A stretch of DNA of 64,000 bases from Gemmatimonadota bacterium (GTDB taxonomy: Bacteria > Gemmatimonadota > Gemmatimonadetes > Longimicrobiales > RSA9): NCBI GenBank assembly GCA_040905425.1, contig JBBDRO010000103.1, forward strand, positions 13,959 through 77,958. Direction: 5' to 3'. Each line of letters begins with the position of its first letter. Positions within the stretch are counted from its first letter, which is position 1. Below are positions 28,182-37,857 of the stretch, piece by piece. Under the pieces are notes generated by a model. That model did no database searches, was not told the origin of the DNA, and saw nothing but the letters and a program-made list of their open reading frames with translations. The position numbers and the translations under genes were made by a program.

Positions 28182-29429
28182 GTGAGCACGAGCACACACG
28201 CGGGTCTCGATCCGCACGCGGTCCGGGAGCGGTTTCCCGCCCTCCACCAGGAGGTCAACGGGAAGCCGCTCGCGTATCTGGACAACGCCGCCACGGCGCA
28301 GCGGCCACAGGTCGTCATCGACGCGGTGGTGGACTTCTACACCCGGGACAACGCCAACGTCCACCGCGGCCTGCACGAGCTGGCGCGGCGCGCCACGGAG
28401 CGCTACGAGGCGGCCCGCCAGACCGTAGCCCGCTTCCTGAATGCCCCTGATGCGCGCGAAGTGGTCTGGGTGCGCGGCTGCACGGAGGCCATCAACCTGG
28501 TGGCCGCCACCTGGGGCGTGACCAACGTGAAGGCGGGTGACGAGATCCTCCTCACCCTCACCGAGCACCACTCCAACATCGTCCCCTGGCAGCTACTGGC
28601 AGAGCGCGTGGGTGCGCGCCTGAAGTGGCTGGATGTGGACGAGCACGGCTGCCTCCGCCTGGACGCGCTGGATGAGGCGCTTACCGAGCGCACGAAGCTG
28701 CTGGCCATCGGCCACATCTCCAACGCCATGGGCACCATCAATCCCGTACGGGACATGGTGGCCCGGGCCAAGGCCGTGGGGGCGCTCACGCTGGTGGACG
28801 GCGCGCAGGGTGCGCCCCACCTGCCCGTGGACGTGCAGGAGCTGGGCTGTGACTTCTACGCGCTCTCCGGCCACAAGATGTGCGGGCCCATGGGCATCGG
28901 GGCGCTGTGGGCGCGCCGGGAACTGCTGGAGGCCATGCCGCCCTACCAGGGCGGCGGCGAGATGATCGACCACGTGGGCATGGACGGCTCCACCTGGGCC
29001 AGGGTGCCGCACAAGTTCGAGGCCGGCACCCCGAACGGCGCCGGCGCCGTGGGACTGGCCGCCGCGGTGGAGTTCCTGGAGGAGCTGGGCTGGGAGAACA
29101 TCCAGGCGCACGAGCAGGCACTCGTGGCCTACGGGCTGGAGCGGCTCGGCCGCGTGGAGGGTCTGCGCATGTTCGGGGAGACGGATCCGGCACGGCGCGT
29201 CTCGGTGTTCTCCTTTGCGCTGGACGGCGTCCACCCGCACGACATTGCCACCGTGCTCGACGCCGAGGGGATTGCCGTGCGGGCCGGCCACCACTGCACC
29301 CAGCCCCTCATGCGGCGGCTGGGCGTGCCGGCCACCACGCGGGCCTCGCTCTACCTTTACAACACCACGGACGAGATCGACCGGCTGGCCGAAGCGCTGG
29401 GCACGGCGCAGAGCATCTTCGGCATGTAG
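28182..29429 (+). CDS. sufS: cysteine desulfurase SufS
   Basis: YLDNAATAQRPQ, ALSGHKMCGPMGIG (PLP-Lys), RAGHHCTQPL (active-site Cys). Confidence 0.9.
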   Translation: MSTSTHAGLDPHAVRERFPALHQEVNGKPLAYLDNAATAQRPQVVIDAVVDFYTRDNANVHRGLHELARRATERYEAARQTVARFLNAPDAREVVWVRGCTEAINLVAATWGVTNVKAGDEILLTLTEHHSNIVPWQLLAERVGARLKWLDVDEHGCLRLDALDEALTERTKLLAIGHISNAMGTINPVRDMVARAKAVGALTLVDGAQGAPHLPVDVQELGCDFYALSGHKMCGPMGIGALWARRELLEAMPPYQGGGEMIDHVGMDGSTWARVPHKFEAGTPNGAGAVGLAAAVEFLEELGWENIQAHEQALVAYGLERLGRVEGLRMFGETDPARRVSVFSFALDGVHPHDIATVLDAEGIAVRAGHHCTQPLMRRLGVPATTRASLYLYNTTDEIDRLAEALGTAQSIFGM

Positions 29430-29441
29430 CTCCGGCCCGCC

Positions 29442-30176
29442 CTAAGCCGGCGGCTCCTCCGCCTCCTCCGCCCCCTCATCCAGATACGCCTCGAAGAGCG
29501 GCCGCATGGATTTCAGCGAGCCGTCCACCTCCATGGGGAGGATCTGCGCCAGCGCGTCCAGCAGCGCCACGGCGTTCAGGGACGAGTCCGTGCTGGTGGC
29601 GTCCTGGAGCCGGCCGTGCAGGTGGCGGTTGACGATCTGGATGCGCTGGTAGATCTCGGTGAGGCGCCGCAGGTCGAAGGTGACCTCCTCGGCGCCCTCG
29701 CTGCGGCGTAGCCACTCGGCCAGCAGGAAGCTGCCCGCAGAGCGGAAGACCGTCTCCTGGATGGTGGAGAGCGGCAGGTGGAAGCGGGCCATGGGCCGGA
29801 AGAAGGCCGTATGTGGGCAGCCGCTCATGGGCATGAGCAGGCCGAGCAGGGAGCCCAGAACATTCTGCAACTCCACAGCTTTGAACTCTACCCGCCGCTC
29901 GTCCGATTCCACCGTCACGTCCACCCGCTCGAAGGAGTGTACGTCACCGATGGCGTCCACCAGTTCGGCCAGGCCCACCGCGGCCGGGCAGTGCGGGTGC
30001 TCGTCCGCCGTCAGGGGGCAGTGCGGACACTTGTTGTGCTCGAGTTCCGTCCAGGCCGGGCGGGGCACCGGCTTCTCGCGTGGGAGCCCCACTCCGGTGG
30101 ATCCCACATCCACGGCGAAGGCGCGCTCCAGGCCGTCGGGCAGACGGATGGCGTAGCGGACGATTTTCTGACTCAT
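29442..30176 (-). CDS. hypothetical Cys/His-rich protein
   Basis: 244 aa, unbiased composition. Motifs HNKCPHCPLTADEHPHCP and MSGCPH. It is convergent with sufS, separated by 12 nt. Confidence 0.55.
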   Translation of the reverse strand: MSQKIVRYAIRLPDGLERAFAVDVGSTGVGLPREKPVPRPAWTELEHNKCPHCPLTADEHPHCPAAVGLAELVDAIGDVHSFERVDVTVESDERRVEFKAVELQNVLGSLLGLLMPMSGCPHTAFFRPMARFHLPLSTIQETVFRSAGSFLLAEWLRRSEGAEEVTFDLRRLTEIYQRIQIVNRHLHGRLQDATSTDSSLNAVALLDALAQILPMEVDGSLKSMRPLFEAYLDEGAEEAEEPPA

Positions 30177-30376
30177 GGCAACAGGCTCGCGGGGAGGCGC
30201 GGGCGGCGCCGGCGGACGGTGCCTCCGTTCGCGGTGCCACCAACGAAAGGGAGCGCTCCGGCGTCATCCGGACAAGGGGGACGCGCAGGATGCCCGCTGG
30301 CCAGGTCCCTTGCTTGCCGCGGCCGGATGGACGCAATACCCTCCCTGTCACACCACCGACCTACATGGAGCATATC

Positions 30377-33115
30377 ATGGCGGAGCGCACCGCACGGCGC
30401 ATGACCTTTGGCCTGCTGGCCCTGATCCTGGCCCCCGGGCTGGGCATGGCCACCCCCCCGGACGCGGCCGCACAGCGGCTCACCGAGGCGCACCTCGAGC
30501 CGATCCAGTACCGGAGCATAGGCCCCACGCGCCAGAGCGGGCGCTTCGTGGACGTGGAGGTGCGGCCGGACGAACCCTTCACCTTTTACATAGCAACCGG
30601 TTCCGGTCACCTGTGGAAGAGTGATAACCGGGGCGTCAGCTTCGACGTGCTCTTCGACGACCAGGACGTCTTCTCGATCGGCGACATTGCCATCGCGCCG
30701 TCGCAGCCGGACATCATGTACCTGGGGTCGGGGGAGGCCAACAACTCCCGCAGCACCTACTGGGGGGACGGCGTCTACAAGTCCACCGACGCCGGCGAGA
30801 CGTGGACCAACGTGGGGCTCCCCGAGTCCCACCACGTCGGCCGCATCGTGGTCCACCCCACCAACCCGGACATCGTCTACGTGGCGGCGCTGGGGCACCT
30901 CTATTCCGAGAATCCGGAGCGGGGTCTCTACCGCAGCACGAACGGCGGCCAGAGCTGGGAGCAGGTGCTGGCGCCCGTGGTGCGCGGCAAGACCATCGGT
31001 GTGGTGGACGTGGCCATGGACCCGTCCAACCCCAACGTCCTCTACGCCGCCACCTTCGACAAGGTGCGCCTGCCCTTTACCTACGACCTGGGCGGCCCGG
31101 GTAGCCGTGTCTACAAGAGCACGGATGGCGGCAGCAACTGGACCATGCTGGAGAACGGGCTGCCGGGCGGCATGCTCGGCCGCATCGGCGTGGACGTCTC
31201 ACAGAGCAACCCGAACATTGTCTACCTGACCATCGAGAACGCCAACAAGCCGGACATGTCGGACGCGGAGCGCCTGGCGGAGTTGGAAGGCCACCTGTCC
31301 AGCCGCGGCATGATCGGCGGTGAGATCTACCGCTCCGACGATTCCGGCGAGTCGTGGGAGAAGGTGAGCCCGGACGACCAGTCCATCGGCGGCAGCCCGG
31401 CTTACTACTACGGGCAGATCCGCGTGGACCCGAGCGATCCCGACGTGGTCTACGTCCTCTCCGTGAGCACCATGAAGAGCACGGACGGCGGCCGCACGTG
31501 GGAGCAGCGCGCGCTCGGCCACGGCGGTGACGACCACGCCCTGTGGATCGATCCCGAGGACTCCGAGCATATCATCCTGGGTCACGACCACGGCATGGGG
31601 ATCACCTACGACGGCGGCGAGAACTGGTATCACCCCGACTTCCAGAGCCTGGCGCAGTTCTATGCGGTGGGCTACGACATGTCCTATCCCTACCGCGTGG
31701 CGGGGGGCCTGCAGGACAACGGCTCCCATATGGTCCACCACACCAACCCGGCCGGCGGCCCCATCTACTACGAGCAGTGGGAGCGCGTGGGTGGCGGGGA
31801 CGGCATGTACAACGAGATCGAGCCGTGCACCAACCGCTACCTGTACAACGAGAGCCAGTTCGGGCCCATCTCACGCACCGATCTCTGGACGGGCGAGCGG
31901 GCGGGCATCCGCTACAGCGGTGAGGACGGCCTGCGCTGGAACTGGAACGCCCCCATCCTGATCTCGCCGCACGACTGTGACGTGATCTTCCACGGCGCCA
32001 ACAAGTTGGTGCGCAGCCCCAACAAGGGGGAGAGCTGGGAGGTCATCAGCCCCGACCTCACCAAGGCGGATCCGGCCACGCTCACCACGGGCAGCGGCGG
32101 CGATGGCAACATCCAGTACGCCACCATCACCACCGTGGACGAGTCGGAGCTGGTGGAGGGAATCATCTGGGTGGGCACGGACGACGGCAACGTGCAGGTG
32201 ACCCGCGACGGCGGTGACAGCTGGACGCTGGTCAACGCCAGCGTGCCGAACAATCCCGAATACTGGGTGAGCCGGGTGGAGGCGTCCCATCACGAGCCGG
32301 GGACCGCGTACATCTCCTACACGGGCTACCGGAATGATGACTTCCGGCCGTTCGTCTACAAGACCACGGACTACGGGCAGAGCTGGACGTCCATTGCCTC
32401 CAACCTGCCGGCCGTGGGGCCCGTGAACGTCATCCGCGAGCACCACGCCAACCCGGATCTGCTCTTCGTGGGCACGGAGTTCGAGGTGTTCGTGAGCATC
32501 GATGGGGGTGGCACCTGGGCCTCGTTCAAGCAGAACATGCCCACGCAGCCGGTCCACGATCTCAAGATCCACCCGCGCGAGAATGACGTGATCGTGGCCA
32601 CGCACGGACGCGGCCTCTACATTGCGGACATCTCCCCCTTGGTGGAAATGACGCCGCAGGTGCTGGCTTCCGGGGCCCACTTCTTCCAGCCCGAGTCGAA
32701 GGTACGCTGGATTGCCACCGACCGGACCAACTACTCCTCCTCCAACTTCCGGGGGGAGAGCGAGCCCGGGGAGATTCCGTTCTACTACTACCTGGGTCAG
32801 AACGCCGGTGACGTCCGCTTCACGGTCTACCAGGGCAACACGGCCATCGCCGAGCTGGAGGGCACAGGTGAGTTCGGCATGCATGCCGTGAGCTGGGAGA
32901 TGGACAAGCGCCTCGAGCGGAGCGCCGCCGAGCAGCAGGAGATGCGCGCGCGGATCGAGGAGCGCGGTGGGCGCATCAACGAGGAGCAGATTCGCTATGC
33001 CATGTCGGCGGCGCCCCTCGGGAGCTACCGGGTGGTCATGTCGGTGGCCGGCCAGCCCGTGGCCGAGCGCCAGGTGTCCATCCTCAAGGACGAGTGGTGG
33101 ATGCACCGGCGCTGA
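30377..33115 (+). CDS. secreted BNR/sortilin (VPS10)-like beta-propeller repeat protein
   Basis: Signal peptide (FGLLALILAPGLGMA). Repeated 'S.D.G.sW' BNR/Asp-box motifs: KSDNRGVSF, KSTDAGETW, RSTNGGQSW, KSTDGGSNW, RSDDSGESW, KSTDGGRTW, YDGGENW, VTRDGGDSW, KTTDYGQSW, SIDGGGTW. ATG 30377 is preceded by GGAG. Confidence 0.8.
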   Translation: MAERTARRMTFGLLALILAPGLGMATPPDAAAQRLTEAHLEPIQYRSIGPTRQSGRFVDVEVRPDEPFTFYIATGSGHLWKSDNRGVSFDVLFDDQDVFSIGDIAIAPSQPDIMYLGSGEANNSRSTYWGDGVYKSTDAGETWTNVGLPESHHVGRIVVHPTNPDIVYVAALGHLYSENPERGLYRSTNGGQSWEQVLAPVVRGKTIGVVDVAMDPSNPNVLYAATFDKVRLPFTYDLGGPGSRVYKSTDGGSNWTMLENGLPGGMLGRIGVDVSQSNPNIVYLTIENANKPDMSDAERLAELEGHLSSRGMIGGEIYRSDDSGESWEKVSPDDQSIGGSPAYYYGQIRVDPSDPDVVYVLSVSTMKSTDGGRTWEQRALGHGGDDHALWIDPEDSEHIILGHDHGMGITYDGGENWYHPDFQSLAQFYAVGYDMSYPYRVAGGLQDNGSHMVHHTNPAGGPIYYEQWERVGGGDGMYNEIEPCTNRYLYNESQFGPISRTDLWTGERAGIRYSGEDGLRWNWNAPILISPHDCDVIFHGANKLVRSPNKGESWEVISPDLTKADPATLTTGSGGDGNIQYATITTVDESELVEGIIWVGTDDGNVQVTRDGGDSWTLVNASVPNNPEYWVSRVEASHHEPGTAYISYTGYRNDDFRPFVYKTTDYGQSWTSIASNLPAVGPVNVIREHHANPDLLFVGTEFEVFVSIDGGGTWASFKQNMPTQPVHDLKIHPRENDVIVATHGRGLYIADISPLVEMTPQVLASGAHFFQPESKVRWIATDRTNYSSSNFRGESEPGEIPFYYYLGQNAGDVRFTVYQGNTAIAELEGTGEFGMHAVSWEMDKRLERSAAEQQEMRARIEERGGRINEEQIRYAMSAAPLGSYRVVMSVAGQPVAERQVSILKDEWWMHRR

Positions 33116-33136
33116 TTTCAAGCCGCGTCCCGTAGC

Positions 33137-33171
33137 ACGCGCCCCGCGGACCGCCGGTTCGCGGGGCGCGT
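33137..33171 (+). terminator. GC-rich stem-loop (12-bp stem) downstream of the BNR gene
   Basis: acgcgccccgcg-gaccgccggtt-cgcggggcgcgt, a perfect 12-bp stem, 22 nt after the stop codon. There is no clear U-tract. Confidence 0.5.
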
Positions 33172-33307
33172 CACGTTCGTGGCTGGCGGCCCGGGGCGCC
33201 TACCGCCGCCGCCGGCGCGGCTGGCTGTCCCGCGGGCGGTGCGTTAGCTTGCGGCATCTGCGGTGGTGTCCCCAACGCCCCGCGGTCTCAGGCAGGATGG
33301 GCGCCCC

Positions 33308-33910
33308 GTGGGCTCCGAATTTGCCGTTTTTCTGCGCCTGGGGTTCGATCACATCGCGGACCTCCGGGCGTGGGACCACATCCTCTTCATCGTGGCCCTG
33401 AGCGCCGGCTACGGCTTGGCGCACTGGCGCCAGCTGCTGGTGCTGGTCACCGCCTTCACCGTGGGCCACTCGCTCACGCTGCTACTGGCCACGCTCCGCC
33501 TGGTGAGTGTGTCCGCCGCAGTGGTGGAGCCGCTCATCGCGGCCACCATCCTGGCCACGGCCGCCTTCAACCTGGCGGAGGCCCGCACCCGTCCCGACCC
33601 GCTACAGCTGCCGCGCAGGACCCGCCGCGTCCTGTATGCCATGGCGCTCTGCTTCGGCCTGATCCACGGGCTGGGCTTCTCCAGCTTCCTGCGCGCCCTC
33701 CTGGGCCAGGAAGAGGCCATCACCGTGCCGCTCCTGGCGTTCAACCTGGGGCTGGAGGCGGGCCAGCTGGTCATCCTTGCCGTCATCCTGCTGACCACGC
33801 ACCTGGCCGTGCGGGTGGCGCGTGTACCCCGCACCCGGTGGATCACACTTCTTTCCGGCAGTGCCTGTCTGGCCGCCCTGTTCCTCCTGGCGGGGCATAT
33901 CGGCGCATGA
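33308..33910 (+). CDS. HupE/UreJ family membrane protein
   Basis: FLRLGFDHIADLRAWDHILFIVAL...TAFTVGHSLTL...GLIHGLGFS, about 6 TM segments. GTG 33308 is preferred over 33263. Confidence 0.7.
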   Translation: MGSEFAVFLRLGFDHIADLRAWDHILFIVALSAGYGLAHWRQLLVLVTAFTVGHSLTLLLATLRLVSVSAAVVEPLIAATILATAAFNLAEARTRPDPLQLPRRTRRVLYAMALCFGLIHGLGFSSFLRALLGQEEAITVPLLAFNLGLEAGQLVILAVILLTTHLAVRVARVPRTRWITLLSGSACLAALFLLAGHIGA

Positions 33911-33941
33911 CGTACTCACCCACCTCCACGGATAAGTCTCC

Positions 33942-36035
33942 ATGAAGCTTCGAGCGCACGACGCACTGGCCACGCTGCTCCTGGCGGCGCTGCTCGGCCC
34001 CGCGACCCCGCTCGCCGCGCAGCAATGGCTGCACGATGACGGGTCGAAGTCCAATCGTTCCATCTTCCGCATGCTCGAGGACTGGCCCGCGGCCAACGAG
34101 TACCGGAACGGGGCTGGCATGCCCGGGCCCCGCTACTGGCAGCAGCAGGTGGACTACGTCATCCAGGCCGCCCTGGACACCACGGATCACAGCATCCGCG
34201 GCACGGAGCGCATCACCTATCACAACAACTCGCCGGACGCGCTCCGCTACCTCTGGTTCCAGCTCGATCAGAACACGCGCTCCCTCGAGCACAGCCGCGC
34301 CTACCAGGTGCAGGGCGCCCTGCCGGAGCGCATCAGCCCGCAGGCCATGCGGTACGTGGGCCTGGAACCCTTCGACGGCGGCTTCGACCTGAGCCGTGTC
34401 CAGCTCGTGGACGGGGCGGGCGGGCTTGTGGACGCCGACTACCGCATCAACAACACGGTGATGCGGCTGAACCTGGCGGAGCCGCTGGCGCCCGGGGGCG
34501 TGCAGGTCATGGAGATCGACTGGAGCTACCTCATCCCCGACCAGGGCCGCGGCGGCAAGGAGCTGGTGAGCGACGGCTTTATCTACGAGATGGCGCAGTG
34601 GTTCCCCCGGCTCTCCGTCTATGATGACGTGAACGGCTGGCAGACGGACCAGTTCATGGGCCGCGGGGAGTTCTACCTGGAGTTCGGCAACTATGACGTC
34701 ACGCTCACCGTGCCGTGGAACCACATCGTGGACGCCACGGGCGTGCTGCAGAACCCGGACGCGGTGCTCACCACCACGCAGCGGGAGCGGCTGGAGCGGG
34801 CCCTCAGGAGCGAGGAGCCGGTCTTCATCGTGGCGGCCGACGAGGTGATGGAGCCCGCCAGCCGGCCTCGCCGGAGCGGGACGCTGACCTGGCACTTCAA
34901 CGCCGAGAACGTGCGCGACTTCGCGTGGGTCTCCTCCAAGACGTACGTGTGGGACGCGGCCGGCTTCCGGTACCGGCCGGGGGAGACGCCCATCGCGGTG
35001 CACTCCCTCTACCCGCGGGACGCCATGCCCCTCTGGGACAAGGTCTCCACGCGCGCCACCATCCAGACGCTCAAGACTTACGGCCGCATGGCGTTCGAGT
35101 ATCCCTATCCCAAGGCCGTGAACGCCAACGGCCTGGCCGGCGGGATGGAGTACCCCATGATGGCCTTCTGCGGCGCGCGGCCGCAGCCGGACGGCACGTA
35201 TAGCGAAGGCACGGAGCGGGCGCTCATCAGCGTCACCATCCACGAGGTGGGCCACAACTGGTTCCCCATGATCGTGGCCACGGACGAGCGCAAGTGGACC
35301 TGGATGGACGAGGGGCTGAACACCTTCCTGCAGTACTACGGTGAGCAGGATTACGCGGCCACCTACTGCGGCGGCGTGTGGACGCAGACGGAGGATTGCA
35401 CGTATCAGAGCTCGCGTGGCCCGGCGCCGAACATCGTCGCTTACATGCGTGACCCGGACCAGGTGCCGCTCATGACGGAGTCCGACTTCATCCACAAGGA
35501 CTTCGGCAACAACGGCTACGCCAAGCCCGCCACGGGCTTGCAGATGCTGCGCGAACACATCCTGGAGCCGGCGCCGTTCGATGACGCCTTCTCCGGCTAC
35601 GCCACGGCGTGGATGTTCAAAAAGCCCCAGCCCGCCGACTTCTTCCGCTCCATGGACGAGGGCGCCGGGGAGAACATGGCGTGGTTCTGGCGCGGCTGGT
35701 TCTACACCACGCACGCCAATGACCAGCACCTCACCAACGTGTCCGCTCAGCGCGCGGAGGAACTGGTGGGCAGCACGGAGCGGGGGACCACGTACTACCG
35801 CATCACCGTGGAGAATGCCGGCGGGCTGGTCATGCCGCTGGACATCCGGGTTACCTTCGAGGACGGCACCACCCGCCGTCTGGACTATCCGGTGGACATC
35901 TGGCGCAACAACGAGCGCAGCTTCACCGCCGGCTTCTTCACCGACGGTGTGGTCGTGGAGGTGGTGGTGGACCCGGAGGAGGCGTACGCCGACATCGACC
36001 GGAGCAACAACGTGTGGACCAAACCCATCACATGA
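33942..36035 (+). CDS. M1 family zinc metallopeptidase (secreted)
   Basis: Signal peptide, the GxMEN-like motif GGMEYP, and the zinc motif HEVGHNWF-x17-WMDEG. Confidence 0.85.
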   Translation: MKLRAHDALATLLLAALLGPATPLAAQQWLHDDGSKSNRSIFRMLEDWPAANEYRNGAGMPGPRYWQQQVDYVIQAALDTTDHSIRGTERITYHNNSPDALRYLWFQLDQNTRSLEHSRAYQVQGALPERISPQAMRYVGLEPFDGGFDLSRVQLVDGAGGLVDADYRINNTVMRLNLAEPLAPGGVQVMEIDWSYLIPDQGRGGKELVSDGFIYEMAQWFPRLSVYDDVNGWQTDQFMGRGEFYLEFGNYDVTLTVPWNHIVDATGVLQNPDAVLTTTQRERLERALRSEEPVFIVAADEVMEPASRPRRSGTLTWHFNAENVRDFAWVSSKTYVWDAAGFRYRPGETPIAVHSLYPRDAMPLWDKVSTRATIQTLKTYGRMAFEYPYPKAVNANGLAGGMEYPMMAFCGARPQPDGTYSEGTERALISVTIHEVGHNWFPMIVATDERKWTWMDEGLNTFLQYYGEQDYAATYCGGVWTQTEDCTYQSSRGPAPNIVAYMRDPDQVPLMTESDFIHKDFGNNGYAKPATGLQMLREHILEPAPFDDAFSGYATAWMFKKPQPADFFRSMDEGAGENMAWFWRGWFYTTHANDQHLTNVSAQRAEELVGSTERGTTYYRITVENAGGLVMPLDIRVTFEDGTTRRLDYPVDIWRNNERSFTAGFFTDGVVVEVVVDPEEAYADIDRSNNVWTKPIT

Positions 36036-36583
36036 GCACGAGCCTGTTGCTGACCATGACGCTCCTGGCCCTCGCCCCGCAGGTCGGGGCGGGGGCGGCG
36101 TCCGGGAGCGTAGCGCACGGCACCCCGCCCCACGATCTCCACGTCACTTACGCCAACGCGGCCGTGGAGGGCGCCACCCTGGTCGTGCGCATCCGCATCT
36201 TCAAGGATGACCTGGAGGCGGCGCTGGGCCGCGCGGCGGGAGCGGACGTCCTCCAACTGGCGCCGGAGCCCGCCGTGGACGCCGCGTTCATGGCCTACCT
36301 GGCACCCCGCTTCGTGGTGGAGGTGGACGGCCGCGCGCTGCCTGCCCGCATCCTGGCGCGGGGTGAGGACGAACTGGACCGCGAGCCCGTTTGGTGGTAT
36401 ACCATTCACTTCACGGCGGCCGCGCCGCTCACGGCCTTCCGCCTGCGCAACACCCTGCTCCTGGAGCTGTTCCGTGACCAGCGCAACGTAGTGAAGGTGG
36501 TCCATTTTCCGGACCAGCGGCAGCTCACCTTCTCCTTTGCCGCGGGCGAGGAAGTGGCCGAGGTTAGATTCCAGGACCGCTGA
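36032..36583 (+). CDS. hypothetical secreted protein (DUF6702-like partner of M1 peptidases)
   Basis: ATG 36032 overlaps the M1 stop (ATGA). Signal peptide LLLTMTLLALAPQVGA. The family name is from memory and unverified. Confidence 0.55.
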   Translation: MSTSLLLTMTLLALAPQVGAGAASGSVAHGTPPHDLHVTYANAAVEGATLVVRIRIFKDDLEAALGRAAGADVLQLAPEPAVDAAFMAYLAPRFVVEVDGRALPARILARGEDELDREPVWWYTIHFTAAAPLTAFRLRNTLLLELFRDQRNVVKVVHFPDQRQLTFSFAAGEEVAEVRFQDR

Positions 36584-36617
36584 GGCCGGTCCCCCACTCC
36601 ATCCGAGAGTCGATGCC

Positions 36618-37787
36618 ATGCGTCATGCCGTAATCCTAGCCGCCCTGGCTGCCATGCTCGCGCCCGTGGGCTGCGCTTCCACACCCGCCGCGCGGCCCGA
36701 CCCCGCGCGGGAGGACGAGCACATGGCGCTGGCGCGCCGGGTGCTGTCCACCACGCCGCTCTTCGACGGGCACAATGACCTGCCGTGGGCCATCCGCGGC
36801 TATGACGAGGCGCCGCATGACGTGGTGGCCTACGACCTGCGCGGCACCACGCCCGGACACACGGACATCGCGCGCCTGCGCGCAGGCATGGTGGGCGCGC
36901 AGTTCTGGTCCGTCTACATCCCCTACAGCGCCGTGGAGGAGGGCGCCGCCAGGGTGCAGCTCGAGCAGATCGACATTGCCCAGCGCGTCTTCGAGCGCTA
37001 CCCGGACGTCTTCCAGGAGGCGCTCACGCCGGATGCCGCGGTGGCCGCGTTCGAGAGCGGCCGGATCGCCTCGGTCATGGGCATGGAGGGCGGCCACGCC
37101 ATCGAGAATTCCCTGGGCGCCCTGCGCGCCTTCCACCGCCTGGGCGCCCGCTACCTGACGCTCACGCACTCCAGCAACATCGACTGGGCGGACTCCTGCT
37201 GCGAGCCGGCGGAGCATGGCGGACTGACGGAGTTCGGCAAGGAGGTGGTGCGGGAGATGAACCGCCTGGGCATGCTCGTGGACCTCTCCCACGTCTCCCC
37301 CGAGACCATGCACGACGCGCTGGACGTCACGGAGGCGCCGGTCATCTTCTCCCATTCCTCCGCGCGCGGCGTCACCGACCACGACCGTAACGTCCCGGAC
37401 GACGTGCTGCGCCGCCTGCCCACCACGGACGGCGTGGTCATGATCACCTTCGTGCCGTCCTTCATCACCACGGAGCTGCCGGCCACCATCGGCGACGTGA
37501 TCGCGCACATCGAGCACGTGCGTGACGTGGCCGGCATGGACCACGTGGGCATCGGCGCGGACTACGACGGCATCAGCAGCACGCCCGAGGGGCTGGAGGA
37601 CGTCTCCACCTACCCGGTGCTCTTCGCCGAGCTGGCGCGGCGCGGCTGGAGTGAGGGAGAGCTGCGTCAGCTGGCCGGGGAGAACGTGCTGCGCGTGTGG
37701 CGCAAGGCCGAGGACACGCGCATCCGGCTGCGGGCCCGGCCCGCGTCCACGGCCACCATCGAGGCGTTGGACGGATCCGGCCGCTAG
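36618..37787 (+). CDS. membrane dipeptidase (M19, renal dipeptidase family), lipoprotein-like
   Basis: LAPVGCAS lipobox-like; FDGHNDLPWAIR, GHTDIARLRAGMVGAQFWSVYIP, HSSARG, IGADYDG. Confidence 0.85.
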   Translation: MRHAVILAALAAMLAPVGCASTPAARPDPAREDEHMALARRVLSTTPLFDGHNDLPWAIRGYDEAPHDVVAYDLRGTTPGHTDIARLRAGMVGAQFWSVYIPYSAVEEGAARVQLEQIDIAQRVFERYPDVFQEALTPDAAVAAFESGRIASVMGMEGGHAIENSLGALRAFHRLGARYLTLTHSSNIDWADSCCEPAEHGGLTEFGKEVVREMNRLGMLVDLSHVSPETMHDALDVTEAPVIFSHSSARGVTDHDRNVPDDVLRRLPTTDGVVMITFVPSFITTELPATIGDVIAHIEHVRDVAGMDHVGIGADYDGISSTPEGLEDVSTYPVLFAELARRGWSEGELRQLAGENVLRVWRKAEDTRIRLRARPASTATIEALDGSGR

Positions 37788-37808
37788 CCTGGCCACGCTA
37801 AGGATCGT

Positions 37809-37856
37809 AAGCGACGACGCCGCGCACCCTCCGGGTGCTGCGCGGCGTCGTCGCTT
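37809..37856. terminator. strong bidirectional stem-loop between convergent genes
   Basis: aagcgacgacgccgcgca...tgcgcggcgtcgtcgctt forms an 18-bp perfect stem, with a further ccc/ggg pairing across a 3-nt bulge. It lies 22 nt after the dipeptidase stop and 2 nt from the stop of the minus-strand propeller gene. Confidence 0.75.
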
Positions 37857-37857
37857 A

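Noticed and set aside
33843-35729. 628-aa minus-strand ORF
   Set aside because: It is antisense to the M1 peptidase gene, which has the HEVGHNWF/WMDEG motifs.
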